Virus record (IMG/VR): IMGVR_UViG_3300032329_000471 | Location: 64,001 to 121,793 of that record | Length of the DNA stretch: 57,793 bases | Source of the DNA: a virus | Taxonomy: Duplodnaviria > Heunggongvirae > Uroviricota > Caudoviricetes | Direction: 5' to 3' (one strand) | Shown here: piece after piece, positions 56,709 through 57,793 of the stretch | Numbering within the stretch: the first letter of the stretch is position 1 | Layout: every line of letters begins with the position of its first letter | The notes under the pieces: model-generated | The model's database searches: none | What the model was told of the DNA's origin: nothing | Seen by the model: only the letters and a program-made list of their open reading frames with translations | Made by a program: the position numbers and the translations under genes

Positions 56709-56855
56709 GACCCCCCTGATCATCTTATTACTGAGACTAGTCAAAACAACTCAGTTATGTTGCAAGTAAATATCAGATGAACTATGTCTAAACCAACCAC
56801 GAGGCCATGGTACAAGGTAAAATGCTGCAAACTTCTGAGCGTGGCTAATATGTTT
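56709..56855 (-). ncRNA. Candidate structured non-coding RNA or leader
   Basis: ORF-free and visibly more GC-rich than its flanks, with several complementary segments; no known family recognised. Confidence 0.3.
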
Positions 56856-56856
56856 A

Positions 56857-57081
56857 TTAATCTTCAGGTATTTTACTTTGTATAATAATAGATATAAAAA
56901 ATAACATTATTAAACTCAATAATACCCATAAAAAAATAATTTTTATACTACTGATTATATAAAATAATTGAATCAATAGTTTGTAAGATATGTAAATTAG
57001 TAGTAAAATTGATATTAGACAAAAAAACAGAAAAGAAAATGTCATTATAACATTACATATTAGATTTAGAATCTTTTTCAT
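56857..57081 (-). CDS. Small two-TM membrane protein (start revised to 57081)
   Basis: MKKILNLICNVIMTFSFLFFCLISILLLIY...; highly hydrophobic, so possibly an AT-rich artefact. Confidence 0.45.
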   Translation of the reverse strand: MKKILNLICNVIMTFSFLFFCLISILLLIYISYKLLIQLFYIISSIKIIFLWVLLSLIMLFFISIIIQSKIPED

Positions 57082-57091
57082 AATTAATAGT

Positions 57092-57300
57092 TTAGTTAAA
57101 CCATTTTTGTGTGTATTTACCACAAAGACAAACCCAACCATCAGTTGTAGCTGTAAGTATACCTTCGTTTTTGTTAGTGTATTCTACAGTTTCTCCTTCA
57201 CTACGTTTTAACGTGGCCGCGTTTCGCTATCAATATCTCTACCAAATAACCAACGCTCTAGGAGTGATTCTATTTGTGATAGTGTTTCTTGTTGTCCCAT
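57092..57300 (-). pseudogene. Frameshifted small zinc-motif gene
   Basis: A 30-aa ORF from ATG 57300 stops; a start-less ORF in the -1 frame continues ...EGILTATTDGWVCLCGKYTQKWFN to TAA 57092. Confidence 0.4.
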
Positions 57301-57485
57301 AATTTCCATCTATTTTTAATTGACTGCCTTTGTTTTCTGTTAAGATGAATTTGTTTTAAATCTGTACGGTAAAGTCTAGTGTGTACGTCATAATACCATA
57401 TTTGACCATTTATCACTAGTTTGAGCCGTTGTATAAGAAAAAAACATTTTACATCACTATAACTCCACGTTCTTATTTTTCCCAT
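57270..57485 (-). CDS. Hypothetical protein
   Basis: 71-aa ORF overlapping its neighbours in operon style. Confidence 0.5.
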   Translation of the reverse strand: MGKIRTWSYSDVKCFFLIQRLKLVINGQIWYYDVHTRLYRTDLKQIHLNRKQRQSIKNRWKLWDNKKHYHK

Positions 57486-57784
57486 TTTACTTCAATTTCT
57501 TTGTTACAAAATAGTCTGATTAATTGCTGTAGTTGGTGAAGGTATTTAATAGTACAACGTTCATCATAATAAAATCCATTATCTCTCTCCCACAAAACTA
57601 TATCATCAGTAATATAATAGCCACCAGTACCGACTTTTACTACTCCCTCTATCCTATCCATTATTTCAGTAGTTAGTTTGATGTGTTTAATATTAGCAAA
57701 TGCAGGATTAACATCTAAGGTAAGTAGTGTAATTGGACTAACTTTAAATTCAACATCATTTCTTAATACCCAATCCCCGACCAT
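57473..57784 (-). CDS. Hypothetical protein
   Basis: 103 aa; MVGDWV...IKYLHQLQQLIRLF..KEIEV, a common small phage protein pattern. Confidence 0.6.
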   Translation of the reverse strand: MVGDWVLRNDVEFKVSPITLLTLDVNPAFANIKHIKLTTEIMDRIEGVVKVGTGGYYITDDIVLWERDNGFYYDERCTIKYLHQLQQLIRLFCNKEIEVKWEK

Positions 57785-57793
57785 TAATTTTAA

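Noticed and set aside
57111-57302. 63-aa hydrophobic ORF MYLPQRQ...
   Set aside because: It reads on the strand opposite the local operon, begins with GTG and has no promoter; probably a shadow ORF.
1-57793. Stop-codon reassignment (TAG or TGA), known in some crAss-like phages
   Set aside because: The very long ORFs are intact in the standard code. TAG (4541, 42073) and TGA (41715) end genes at sensible boundaries.
1-57793. CRISPR arrays, tRNA genes, integrase, IS elements
   Set aside because: I found no regular spaced repeats, cloverleafs, or recombinase/transposase motifs by eye. A tRNAscan run is still advisable.

Overview
A 57.8 kb AT-rich segment of a lytic crAss-like (Crassvirales-related) Bacteroidota phage, read in the standard genetic code. 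Positions 1-32.6 kb (+) form a virion operon: a tail stabilisation/muzzle-like protein, three low-complexity internal proteins studded with [Y/M/F/H]-x-x-G-G motifs, and large cargo proteins. One cargo protein is a 3719-aa virion RNA polymerase carrying DUF4326-like, A1S_2505-like, NADAR, SF1B helicase and zincin domains. Positions 32.6-47.2 kb (-) cover replication and nucleotide metabolism: a cyclic-phosphate receiver domain split in frame by an HNH endonuclease, Dcd, dNMP kinase, PolB, PD-(D/E)XK nuclease, primase, SSB-like, Sak4-like ATPase, DnaB and a DnaA-C-domain protein. Positions 47.3-50.7 kb (+) hold decoration and lysis genes (DUF1003, GH108 endolysin). Positions 50.7-57.8 kb are mostly (-): a MoxR AAA+/VWA pair, UNG, an SF2 helicase, a candidate structured RNA and small ORFs. 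Bacteroidota TTTG-N19-TAnnTTTG promoters and several intrinsic terminators are visible. All family assignments come from motif recognition by eye; no database searches were run.
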